Below are positions 26,522 to 38,269 of a DNA stretch of 64,000 nt, in pieces. The position numbers and the translations under genes were made by a program. Numbering within the stretch: the first letter of the stretch is position 1; each line of letters opens with the position of its first letter. Origin of the DNA: Octopus sinensis (lineage: Eukaryota); assembly GCF_006345805.1 (NCBI RefSeq), contig NC_043007.1, positions 48,484,001 through 48,548,000 of the forward strand, in the 5' to 3' direction. The notes beneath the pieces are model-generated. The model was not told the DNA's origin and did not search any database. It saw only the letters and a list, made by a program, of their open reading frames with translations.

Positions 26522-28837
26522 AACAGATTAGATACATATAAACAGATTACAGGAAGTCAATAAATGCAGCAGCAGTGGCAGCAGCAGCAACAGACAACTG
26601 GTAATTGGCATGTTAACAATGAGAATCTGTTAATCAATGAATGGAAGAGATAAAATTACAAACTGATTTCATTCGTTAAACCTTTCCCTCCTGTTGCTGG
26701 TGGATTAGGAGGAAGAGGAGGAAGGGAACAAGTTTTCTTGTTAACCATCAGAGTAAAAAAAAAAAAAAATATTATGGAAATTTCCAGATATTATTTTGCT
26801 GGTGGCCGTGACCATGGCAGTGGCAATTATGAGCAATGAAAACAAGGAATCATTTACGGAGGACAGAAGCCATTATTTACTACCAGTGCCAGCCAATACA
26901 TTTCAGATTTCACTAGTCTTTATCTGTTCAAGAAGAGATTTTCTGGCATTTATAAGAATGTATGAGTAGTGATCAGTCAACAAAGAGTATTGATTAGTGA
27001 TCATGAAACAATATTATCATGATTTTTGCCTCATGGGAAATAGTCACAATGGTGCCATCGCAATAGTTTTGCTTTTTTTTTTTTATAAAAATTGGTCAAG
27101 TTTATTTGGATTTTGGCGGTATTTTCTATGACACACTGGTCCCTTATTTATTTGCAATTTTGAATAGAAATAGTAATTAAATAAATATTTAATAATGTGT
27201 TGAACGAATCCATGGAATGTAATACTGTAAAGCATTTGATGGCACTCAAAGACATTCCTCTACCCACCCCATGAGACAGCTCTGTGGCTTATTGATAGCA
27301 ACACTGTCAAAAGTAACAATAGATGAACAGTAAAAATGATAATTCTATTCTTGATGTTTTCTTTGGCTTTTTAATTTTATTTTCTTTTCCAAAAGGAAAT
27401 TTGAAAATTTTCAATAATTTTGGTATTATTAAATTACTTGTTTTTTTTCCTTTTTTAAAAAAAATAAGTTTTAAAACTAAACCAAGTTCTAATGATTGTG
27501 ACATGAAGATGATATATAAAAAACAAAAATACTTTAGTTCTTGTGTTTAGAATATACTAAAAATAAATGATTCTATAAATCTAGTCTGGTGGCATTGGAA
27601 AATATAAGTCTAAGGTCAGCACCTAAAATCTTACAATCATCATTCATTTTAGATGAATACAAAAAAATGGAGCTTATAGTTCCTTTTTAGAGAAATCTAT
27701 TAAATGTGCCACATACTTTTAATAAATTATAGTACACAACATACACAACAAAGATCCAAAACATTAAATATACATACATATATATCCACAAACACACACA
27801 CATCCAATACATTCATCACAATACCTTGCAGTAGTCGTTCCAATTCCCCACACACTGAGTTCAAATGCCACCAAAGTTAGCTTTGCTTTTCATCTTTTTA
27901 AGATCAACAAGTAAAGAACTGATCCAGAGTAGTAAATTGGCAGAGAGTGCCAAGTAACATGCCTTATACTATCTGTTCTGGCCTTTTGTGTTTTAACAGC
28001 AACACCTGCAATAACAAGTTCCAAGCTCTATGGACCTTAAAGAGGTAGCCTTTCTCTTAGACAACAGTGGTGGTGGTGGTGGTATGGAGTAAAAGGAGAC
28101 TTGCATCCATGGGTAACTGCAAAAGTCTGTACATACATGTGTAGACATGTGGCCCATCCTCACAAATGGATACACACACATGTACATTCGCAAATACACA
28201 TATAATACACAGACACATACATATATATAAACAGACACACACATACACACACATATATGTATATATGTACACATATACACACATACATAGATTAATACAC
28301 AGTACATGTATGTATATGTATTAAATACAGATAAATGGATATAGCAGTACAAAAAAAAATATTTAGGAAGTTATGTCATGTGTGTGTGTTTAAGTGTGTA
28401 TACCAGGGTGATCTATCACTTTAAAGCTCAAATGATCCACACATATACACACACACATACACTTTCATACACACCCACACAAACATACATTCACACATTC
28501 TCATACATACACACACATGCACACATACATTCACACTCTCTCATGCACACACGCACACACACAAAATTGTTTAATTTTTCTTTTTGTTTTTTCTCCCACT
28601 GTATTGTACCCAACAGCAGCAAAAAAAATTCTTCCTTGAAATACCTGATGGAATAGCAGGAAGAATGATAAGAACAGTCCTGATGGTGCCCCAGAATGGC
28701 CACAGCCAAATGGCTGCAAACTGAGAAGATAGGAAGAATCCTCCTTTGAAATTATAAACATGTTTTGTTTTGTCTCTTTCTCACTCTCTTACACTCCCTC
28801 TCACTCTCACTCAGCTAACTTTTGACATTTCATCCCA

Positions 28838-29332
28838 CTATTTCATTTTTATATGACCATTCATCCCTTGGTAGCGTGTTGAATCCATGTAAGGTCCCCA
28901 GTATAGATGACGAGTATAGAATATTAGGATTTTCTCTGTAAGGATACCACCAAAGAACCATAAAGGTGCATACTCAAGTGTCACTAGACCCATAATATCC
29001 CAGTCAAAATTATCATAGTCCCAAGGGCAGGCGTCAAAACGTGTTAATATATAACCGGTGCTGAATTCCCATAGGTAAGTCCACAACATGTAAATAAGTC
29101 CTCGACACAGCAATGGTACTGTGTCCTGTAAGCGATAATGAATCTGTTCAACAACAAGGATTGCAACCCCATAAATCAACAGAGACCAGACACTTGTGTT
29201 TCCAGGAAACTTGACATTCATGTTAACAACAAACTCCCAGGCTGCTGTGAACATCACTTCAATGAAATAGCCATGGATGGCATAAATATAAAACCGCATA
29301 GGTAACGATAGTGCTATATGTTGATGCATCAT
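28838..29332 (-). CDS. TMEM229B: Transmembrane protein 229B homologue (164 aa, CDS uninterrupted)
   Basis: RFYIYAIHGYFIEVMFTAAWEFVVNMNVKFPGNTSVWSLLIYG...LIYMLWTYLWEFSTGYIL.RFDACPWDY..FDWDIMGLVTLEYAPLWFFG is colinear over its full length with vertebrate TMEM229B as recalled, including a terminal NGHxK. Confidence 0.95.
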   Translation of the reverse strand: MMHQHIALSLPMRFYIYAIHGYFIEVMFTAAWEFVVNMNVKFPGNTSVWSLLIYGVAILVVEQIHYRLQDTVPLLCRGLIYMLWTYLWEFSTGYILTRFDACPWDYDNFDWDIMGLVTLEYAPLWFFGGILTEKILIFYTRHLYWGPYMDSTRYQGMNGHIKMK

Positions 29333-29379
29333 TGTTTGCCAGCTGTTGTGATGACGAGTGAAGAAACTCTCAGTAGAAT

Positions 29380-29400
29380 CTGGAAGAAAAAATAAAATAT
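29380..29400 (-). other. Splice acceptor of TMEM229B coding exon (5' UTR intron)
   Basis: Minus strand reads atattttattttttcttccag|attctactg. The exon starts at 29379, 47 nt before the ATG; the upstream exon was not located. Confidence 0.75.
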
Positions 29401-29719
29401 CTATAAAAATACATCAAAACACACACACACACGTATATATATATATATGTGTGTGTGTGTATATATATAGTCAATACAAACATGAACAAGCAAGAAAAAA
29501 CAACTATGTGAGGACATGGAATAAGTACAGTGTTATTGAATGCTCTGGAAAGGAAAGAAAAGAAAGAGGATTTCATGTTTTGAGCGGAGTTCTTCATCAG
29601 AAATATAGAAAAAGTCCAAAGAAGGGATAGTGGAGAAAGAAAATCGCCAACGATACACACGTGGTCACATATTGAAATGACCGGACGGGTGAAGAACGTT
29701 CTTTCAAAGACAGGAAAGT

Positions 29720-30495
29720 GCAAGAGAAGGCAGTATGTGTGTGTATGTGTGGGTATGTGCGTGCACGCAGGTCTGTGTGTGTGTATGTGGTTCGGCTTAG
29801 TATCATTTAAGGTCATAGGAAGAATTTATAGTAAGAATTTTGGTAGGAGTGGCTGCCTGTTGTGTGTCTACCTATACATGTGTGTGTGTGTGTGTATGTA
29901 TATATATAATGTGTATGTATATATGTGAATTTGTGTATGCGTGGGTTGTGTGAGGGTTTGTGTGTGGAGTTTGCATAGGAGAATGGTCACTAGAAAGGTA
30001 CTGGTAGTTTGAAGCGTGTGTGTGCGCGTGTATATGTAGTGTGTGTGTATGGGCGTGTGCTTGTATGTGCATGTGTGTACATGTATGTATAATTGTGTGC
30101 GTGTATGTATGAGTGTGGTGTGTGTGTGTATGGGAGCTATGTGTGGGTTCATTTGTGTGTGTATGTGTGTGTGCGGGTATATATATGTGTGTGCATGTGA
30201 GTGTATTTTGTGTGTGTGAACGAGGGGTTGAGTAGGGGGTATAGGTGCATATGTGGGTGTGTATACTTGTATGTGAGGTTATGAGTGTTAGGTATGTGTG
30301 CATTCGTGTGCATGTGTGTGTATGTGTCTATATGTGTATGCATATATGTGTGTGATTGTATGTATACATATTTATCATGTGTATGTGAATTAGTGTATGC
30401 ATGTGTGCGTAGGGGGTTGTGTATGTGCATGTCTGTATGTGTATTGTGTGTGTTGGAGGTATATGTGCGTACATGTGCTATTGTGTATGTGTAAT
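29720..30495. repeat. Degenerate (GT)n/(GTAT)n compound low-complexity tract
   Basis: Near-continuous interrupted tgtgtatgtgtg repeats. Confidence 0.9.
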
Positions 30496-30619
30496 TTTAG
30501 TAAATATATCTGTTAAAATGAGATGTCAGCGTTATTTTCATTTTTGCATAATTTAGACGACAATTTATTCACCGCACCCTTTATACACACACACACACAC
30601 ACATATCATATTATATATA

Positions 30620-31237
30620 TGGCACCTGAATGGAGTGAAAATTTAAAAACTGTTTCTTTCGGTGATTTTTCTGAAGAAACTGAACCAAGCCACAGACTTT
30701 CCCAGAAGAGTAAAGCCTTAGACTATTTCTTTTTACTTTTTCGAATGAGCCCATTTGAAATCATTACGGCGGAAACGAACTGTTACGCTAAACGTAAACA
30801 AAGCGAAAGAAAGGATAGTTTGTTATTTCCCACAACCTTAAATGAAATTAAGGCCTATTTTGCCATAAATATTATTATGGGTATCAGAAAGTTACCCAGA
30901 ATAACAAATTCTATCGTAAAATTTTGTTGTATACCCAATTGAATATTAGCTAATAGCCCATTTTCTATAGCGATGTTTGAACAAAATTTTAATAATTTTA
31001 TATTTTGTTGAATTTACCTGTATCTACCTGCAATTAGAGTCACTTTGTGACAAAAATTATAGTATAGAATTGGTTGAGAACATTTCATTAAATTATCTTC
31101 CAAAATTCATGTTAATATATTGATAAATAAAAAAGTTATAGTTGTTTAATGAAACCAGACTAAATTTATGATTACGTTAGAAATTAATTGAAACACATAA
31201 GGGGTGTATTTTGGTCAGAAATATAGTAACGAAAGGG
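30620..31237 (+). mobile_element. piggyBac transposase fragment with intact right terminus
   Basis: ALDYFFLLFRMSPFEIITAETNCYAKRK...FPTTLNEIKAYFAINIIMGIRKLPRI matches the N-terminal part of piggyBac/PGBD transposases. Ends ...gtaacgaaaggg|TTAA (TTAA at 31238-31241). Confidence 0.85.
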
Positions 31238-31367
31238 TTAAGAAAAACCAAAAAATATTTTATTCTTTATAAATGTTGTGTTCAAAATAACATTTTTTTT
31301 TAAGAATGTGTATATAACAAAGAATGTGTATATAACAAAGTATGTGTATATAACTACGTGGCTTATA

Positions 31368-31757
31368 TCTTTATATATAAAAGTGAAGTTGTGTGTCTGT
31401 CTCCTACGATTTAGATTTGTAACTACTCCCACATTTTGCGGTGCAGTGTAACCAAAACTGGGTATCTTATAGTTGTGATTCATATCGAGCCCTTCTGGGT
31501 ATTAGCGCGCGTCTACGATGAGTCTACGATTTAAAAAAAATTTACCATCATATTTTTCCATTTTAATGCATTTTTTCGCTATTATATAAGGGAAGTAACT
31601 CTCTAAAAATATCTACGATGTGTCAACGATTTAAAAAAAAAAAAATTTACCTTAATTTTTTTTCCATTTTTAGTGCATTTTTTTGCTATAACTCTCTAAA
31701 AATGCTTATATAGTTATTTCCCTTACAAACCCGAGCAACGCCGGGCGATACTGCTAG
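31368..31757 (+). mobile_element. Non-autonomous Helitron
   Basis: A|TCtttatatataaaag 5' end; GC hairpin cccgagcaacgccggg at 31730-31745; 3' CTAG at 31754-31757 followed by T; internal ~100-bp tandem duplication. Confidence 0.85.
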
Positions 31758-31802
31758 TATATATATATATAATATATATATATATATATAATATATATAT
31801 AT

Positions 31803-33047
31803 CTTATAAGATGCACCAAGTGTAAGCTATGGACACATAAGAGGTGCAGCAATGTCAAAGGAGGGCTAACTAGGAAGATGGTTTTTGTATGTGGCAGATG
31901 CTCAGGAACAATAAACACTGAAAATGCTCTGAGACCAACTTCCGTCACTTTCCAGGGAGAAAAACTAGAAATAGTTGATAGTTTCCGTTACCTAGGTGAC
32001 CAAGTCAGCAGCGGGGCCGGGTGTGCTGAAAGTGTAACTGCTAGAGTAAGAATAGCTTGGGCAAAGTTCAGAGAGCTCTTACCTCTGCTGGTGACAAAAG
32101 GCCTCTCGCACAGAGTAAAAGGCAGACTGTATGATGCGTGTGTACGAACAGCCATGCTACATGGCAGTGAAACATGGGCCGTGACTGCTGAGGATATGCG
32201 TAAGCTCGCAAGAAATGAAGCCAGTATGCTTCGATGGATGTGTAATGTTAGTACTCATACTCGGCAGAGTGTAAGTACCTCGAGAGAAAAGCTGGACCTA
32301 AGAAGCATCAGTTGTGGTGTGCAAGAGAGACGTTTGCGCTGGTATGGGCACGTGGCGAGAATGGATGAAGATAGTTTTGTGAAAAAGTGCCACACCCTAG
32401 CGGTTGAGGGAACCTGTGGAAGAGGCAGACCCAGGGAAACCTGGGACGAGGTGGTGAAGCACGACCTTCGAACTTTAGGTCTCACTGAGGAAATGACTAG
32501 AGACCGGGACCTCTGGAAGTGTGCTGTGCACGAGAAGACAAGTGAGACCATAACCCGTGGCCTTCTACATGGGATGGAGCCAGCCTAAGTATGCATACCT
32601 TCCCTTCTTGGGACACAAAACTCTACTTGTGAAGACCTGTTGAGGCAAGTGAGGATCAGAATCGAAATCGATCAATGGAAATTGCAGATGTGTTACCAGT
32701 GCCGGTGGCATGTAAGAGAACCATTCGTTCGTGACCGTTGCCAGCACCGCCCCGACTGGCCTCGTGCCGGTGGCACGTAAAAAGCACCATCCGTTCGTGT
32801 CCGTTGCCACCCTCGCCTGGTTCCCATGCCGTTTGCCAGCTCTGTCTGGCACCTGTGCGGGTGGCACGTAAAAAGCACCCACTACACTCACGGAGTGGTT
32901 GGCGTTAGGAAGGGCATCAAGCCGTAGAAACACTGCCAGATCTGACTAGGCCTGATGAAGCCTTCCGGCTTCACAGACCCCAGTTGAACTGTCCAACCCA
33001 TGCTAGCATGGAAAATGGACGCTAAACGATGATGATGATGATGATGA
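31803..33047 (+). mobile_element. 5'-truncated young RTE LINE (ORF end 31803-32588, 3' UTR, (GAT)n tail)
   Basis: Open frame with FRYLGDQV, AMLHGSETW, RRLRWYGHVARM and GRGRPRETW; tail (gat)n at 33028-33047; (TA)n on both flanks. Confidence 0.95.
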
Positions 33048-33084
33048 TATATATATATATATACATACATACACACACACATCA

Positions 33085-34500
33085 ATTCGTGTACAAAGGA
33101 GCCAGGACTAAGTACAAAGCCATCATAGAGAACGATTCTAAGAGGATCTGCCCGCTGTACAGGAGTAAATCCTGGAACAGCACGGAAAGCAACAGTAATA
33201 AGATAAATGAGTCCAACACTTGGTATGACAACAAAAAATACAGAGTGTCATGTTCACCTGGCAGCAAACTAGCACACTTTTAGAAAATCAGTAAGTAAGG
33301 CTAATCTATGAATTAAAGTAGTGGGGAGCCCTCCTGCCCCCTTAAAATCCTTAATCTGCAATACCTATTCCTTTCATAAGTTCCCCTGTACGGAGTACAA
33401 CTGTGTTATGTGTAGGATGAACCAACAGGTTAACCGTAAGGTTAGGAATGTAGTATATAGCTTATGATGTATTGAGGGACAGTGCAGAAACATGACAACT
33501 ACCTACACTGCAGAGACTGCACGCAGCATAGAAGAGCGTATAGGTGAACATTGGTGAGAGCTCAAAGAAGGGAAGCATGTTCTATCAACATGCTCAAGCA
33601 GAACATGGAGGTTCAATTAATAACAGAGGTTAAAATACTATCGACACAGAACTGACATGACACTTAGAGTGATTACAGAAGCTACACACATAACAGTAGG
33701 TAGACCGAGCCTCAATAGAAAACATGAATGGAACAGTAACACCCACCACCACACCACATGACTAATGACAGTAGTGATGTGAAGAGAGAGGAAAGAAGGA
33801 AGAAAAAACCAAAAATAATACACAAATACAGAGTAATACACACACAATAGACATATATGCACTTACCTGTGATACATATGAGAAATAGAGATAGATGCAT
33901 AAAAAATATATAAATAGATAAACGAATATATAAATGTATCTGCTACATACCTGTGATAAATGGAATATATAAAGGGCATGGACACGTAGGAAGTGAACCC
34001 ATACACACACACACATGAAACCTCATGGATGGCCATATGCTATCAACAACACAACTAACATGGTCAGCAGCAACAGCTGTGCCACTGATGGAAGAACACA
34101 CATACGCAGAGGAATACAGGAACTTGTTTTTCTTTCTTTTTTTTTATTTTCTTGGGGTTTTAGGACAGCAGCAGTACAGTGGGGTGGGAGGTTGGGGCTG
34201 AGGAGAAGACCATATAGCTGCTAAAACCTATCACACACACACACACACACACACACAAGGACACAAACGCATGTGCATATATAGATACACATCTCAGAAG
34301 AGCAGAGAGAGTGAGTGGAGCAAAAACACACACAAAAACGAAAAGTGTCACTGAAGAGGTCACAGATGTATGATGAAAGATTTCTGGACAATGGACAGGC
34401 ATCAAAATAATAAAAATAACAAAATGACAGTAATAAACAAGTGAAGAAAAAATATATAGTGTGTGGTGTTTATTTGGCAAAACAAAAATAATAATAAATA
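33085..34500 (+). mobile_element. Second Penelope-like element relic (Neptune-like GIY-YIG)
   Basis: Frames give PLYRSKSWN, PGSKL, C..C...NVVYSL.C, TYTAETARSIEERIGEH, QHAQAEHGG, ITEATHI and LNRKHEWN. The 3' boundary is uncertain. Confidence 0.8.
34345..34392 (+). ncRNA. Decayed type I hammerhead motif
   Basis: tgtca-CTGAAGA(34351-34357)-g-gtca[cagatgta]tgat-GAAA(34375-34378)-gattt-C-tggaca. Confidence 0.6.
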
Positions 34501-34559
34501 AAATAACCATCCTGAATACAACAATATAATATATATATATATATATATATTTTTTTTTT

Positions 34560-34619
34560 ATTTGATTTTTGATTTTTCCAGTTTCAGCTAATGAGCTGTG
34601 GCCATGCTGGGGCACCGCC
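34560..34619 (-). mobile_element. CR1-type LINE/SINE tail stub
   Basis: Reverse complement reads ggcggtgccccagcatggccacagctcattagctgaaac plus an (AAAAATC)n-like tail. Confidence 0.75.
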
Positions 34620-35099
34620 ATTTATATATATATATATAGTGATTATTGTATCACAGCTCCATACACACCTCACCCACCTCCTATTTTTCTAACCAGGTTC
34701 TACACTCATATTCTTGTTACTACACCATCTCTCTTCTGCTTTCTCTCACACTTTTGCTGTTTCTTACTATCTCCCACTCTCTCTTTCCCTTTCGTCATTC
34801 TCTCTCTCATTCTCTTGTTTTTCTTCTGACTAGGTAACCAAATATCACCTTTACATCGGCACACTTGTTTCTGGCCTCTTTCGGTACCCCTATCTCACAC
34901 TGTCTCTCCTCTCTCTCTCTCTCTCTCTCAATGGGTCACCATGTACCTCCTCTATAGCAAAACATCTATTTCTGCCTCTCTATTTCCTTGTTACACTAAC
35001 CTTTCATCATTTGATACTGGATCACCTCCTCTAATGCCCCCTCAGTTGTGGCAAGAAACCTGCTTCTGTCTCTCTGTCTCTTTGTCACACTCTAACCTT

Positions 35100-35440
35100 C
35101 ATCCTCTAACACAAGTGTCCCGCCCCTCTTATACTTCCTTGTCTTGTGAGTTACTTGGTTACCCTGCCAGTGCTGGTGCCACGTTAAAAGTATCCAGTCC
35201 ACACTGTAACATGGTTGGCATCTGGAAGGGCATCCAGCTGTAAAAATCTTGCTGCATAAAAAGCACAGAGTCCACTCTGCAGAGTGGTTAGTGTTAGGAA
35301 GGGCATCCAGCCATAAAATCCCTGCCAAAACAGACACAGTAGCCTTGGGTAGATTTTTTACCTGGCTGGCTCCTGTCAACTGTCCTACCCATGCATGCAT
35401 GGAAGATAGACGTTAAACAATGATGATAATGATGATAATG
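35100..35440 (+). mobile_element. RTE-type tail element with duplicated ggaagggcatccagc motif
   Basis: The motif occurs at ~35226 and ~35298; ends gacgttaaacaatgatgataatgat. Confidence 0.75.
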
Positions 35441-35579
35441 ATATATATAATTCACCCAAATAAAAATGAGCAAAATTATGAGGTAAAGAGGAGACAAACA
35501 TATAATACACAAAGCCAGACAAATGAAATACATTTGAAAAAGTGTAGAAATATGAAATGAAACAATAAACATTTAATCA

Positions 35580-35960
35580 AAAGTGCCTTGAAGAAGTTTT
35601 AGTCGAATGAATCAAACCCAGGATTAATTTTTTGTTTCTTTTTATTAACCCTGGTACTTATTCTATTGGTCTCTTTTTGCAGAACTGCTTAAGTTACAGG
35701 GACGTAAGCAAACCAACACCAGTTGTCAAGTGGTGGTAGGAGACAAAGACAGACACAAAGTCTCACTTACACACCACACAAATATATATACAACAGACTT
35801 CTTTCAGTTTCTGTCTACCAATTCCACTCACAAGGCTTTGGTCAGCCCAAGGCTATAGTAGAAGACATTTTCCCAAGGTGCCATGCAGTGGGACTGAACC
35901 TGCCATGCCTTTTTTACTTGTTTCAGTCATTGGACTGCAGCAATGCTGGGGCACCACCTT
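35580..35960 (-). mobile_element. SINE-C copy plus adjacent tail fragment
   Basis: Contains cttctttcagtttctgtctaccaattccactcacaaggctttgg...gtgggactgaacc and gtttcagtcattggactgcagcaatgctggggcacc. Confidence 0.85.
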
Positions 35961-36149
35961 GAATAAATCTACCTAATTACTAGGGTAATTTTTTTTAAAC
36001 CTTAAAAATTGCTTAATTTTAACCTTATTTTCTAACTTTATTGACAGATTTTAACCTTATTTTTACTAATATATCCATAAATATTAGGGAGTTCACTCTC
36101 GTTTTGATTACTTTATGAGTATTATCAATGCTATTTTAAAAAACAACTA

Positions 36150-37510
36150 TTGTGGAAATTTATTATACTACAATATAATGTTTTATATTTGTAAGCAAAA
36201 ACTATCTTTTGCGAGGAACTTTTTCAGCATCAAAAAACTGCATTCTACAGAAGCTGATATCACTTGACGTATCAGATCTGTTTATTCCATGGATGAAATT
36301 TTGGGATTCATTAGTTGAATTATTGAATTAATTTGGTTTTTATTGAATCTAAAATCAATGTAATTCATGATGCAACATGGGTCTTTGTTGAATTTCAATT
36401 GTTTGAGGCTTTTGTAAGCATCATAGTTGGTGAAAGCTGTTGACTTAGCTTTCAAAATCAATTCTTTCAACTGCAGATTGTTTGAACATATTTGGATGAG
36501 GTTAGTCCTGATCTCAAGGTTTCACACAGCTTCTGTCATTCTCTGCACCAAAATGTCTTCATCTTCCAAACTTTCTACAATTTTTGTAACCTTTGCAAGG
36601 TTCTTACATAGTAATTTCAGGCATCCAACTAGCTGCCCCACCAGATCACAAGTGGCTGAGGCAGATATTTGTGTGTTTTGAATTGCTCCCAGTAGTGTTT
36701 GTTTTTTTATAGTGGCAGCCTTCATGGGGTAATCAGACAATCCACTGCAGGATAGAAAGCCTTTATTTTTAGAGCACAGTTGTGCAATAGGTGGGAGAAG
36801 CAGGTTACATGAAAGAGATTAAGATACTTGGAATGTTTCTCCAGCAGCTACCATATACCAAGTAGCATCATACAAGAGTTGGAGAAAATTTTCTCCTGGA
36901 ACCACCATACTTCTTAACAAATCATCAATGATCTGAGTGATGACTGTGGCAGTTAGAGCTGATTTGAGTGGCAAACATTCAATTAAGAATGTTTTTTGAG
37001 GATTTTAAGCTGAACCAATGAGTACATTGACAATTTTTTTGTCATTGATCTCACTTTCATCAACAATTAAAAATACATTTTAATCAGCCAAGCAACTCTT
37101 ACAATTTTCAACCATATTTGCACTAAACATATCATGTTTTTGGCAGGTAGATTGAGATGGCAATGGCTTATTGAGAGAATCAAACAGACTTCTCACACTT
37201 GTATTAGTGAACTTGTGCAAAGGAATGCTAGCCTCAAGAAACACTATGGTCAACATTGCACCCCAAGATTTATCATTTTTGGTAAATTCAAATGATTTGA
37301 TAGGTGGCTGTACAATTTTAGTAGTCTTTTCAATATGGTTTTGATATTTTTGCTCACTTTATGTGACTCAACAAAATGCCTTTTATTGCATTTGACATCA
37401 ACAAGGCACAGTCTGCAGTGTTATTGTGATTTGATACAAATTCTTTTGAAATTTTTTCTGTAAATTCAAGGGCTTTTGGCTTTTGACTTGTTTTTGGCTT
37501 TGATATCTGA
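36150..37510 (-). pseudogene. hAT-superfamily transposase relic (CGGBP1-like subgroup)
   Basis: Minus-strand frames give FLEASIPLHKF, VFLIVDESE (first D), LLYDATWYMVAAG (second D), HVTCFSHLLHNC (CxxH) and SASVECSFLMLKKFLAKDR (catalytic E), with several stops and frameshifts. Confidence 0.85.
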
Positions 37511-38269
37511 TTTAAGAATAAGAAAATCATAAAATATATATCAAAATATTGAGAAACAGCTAGCATACTGTACATTTACATATAGTGAAAAGACTAGCAA
37601 GGAAAAATACTCACTTTTGATGGTAAATTTAAAATTCCTAAATAACAGGTGTAAAGAATTAAAACTATAAGTATATACACTTACAATTGGATGATAATAA
37701 ATAATTATATTCTTAAAGAGGCCTGTTTTATGAATCAGAAAAAAGATGTAAATAATCACTATTAGTGTTTGGTATTGATCACCAATAACTAATATTGGTA
37801 AATGCACCTTGAAGTCAGAAATTTGTCTTATAGAAAAACTAAACAGATATGCTAGACTTTTGTTCAAATGACTGGATGCACATGGTGTTAAATAATTTAA
37901 CATTGACGGGTAAGACAAGCCATAGACAGTGCTAAAAATAGCTCCAAAGCTGTAGTCCAATACAATAGCTCCTCCAAAAAATTAGTAGGAAAAAATATGT
38001 ATGAAATTAGGTTTCATCAATACATAAAAATATATATCAATGAATTTATTTATTCTTTTCAGTAACTAATCATAAAAAATTTTCTTTTTAGTGAATTTCC
38101 TTTTTTTAACCTTCTTTTAACTTTATTGCATGATTTTAACTTTATTAACTTAAAGAAGTGATTAATTACAATGATTAATTGTAAAGAAAAAAGGTTTTCA
38201 TCTCTAGTTTTAACCTTCAAACAAATGTTTTTATGAATTTTAACTTCTTGGTAAAACAATGCATTACTC

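Noticed and set aside
29370-30494. His/Thr-rich and Cys/Val-rich ORFs
   Set aside because: Products of the degenerate (CA)n/(GT)n tract.
34195-34240. CTGAGGA...aaaac as an additional hammerhead
   Set aside because: No convincing stem II, GAAA or stem I pairing.
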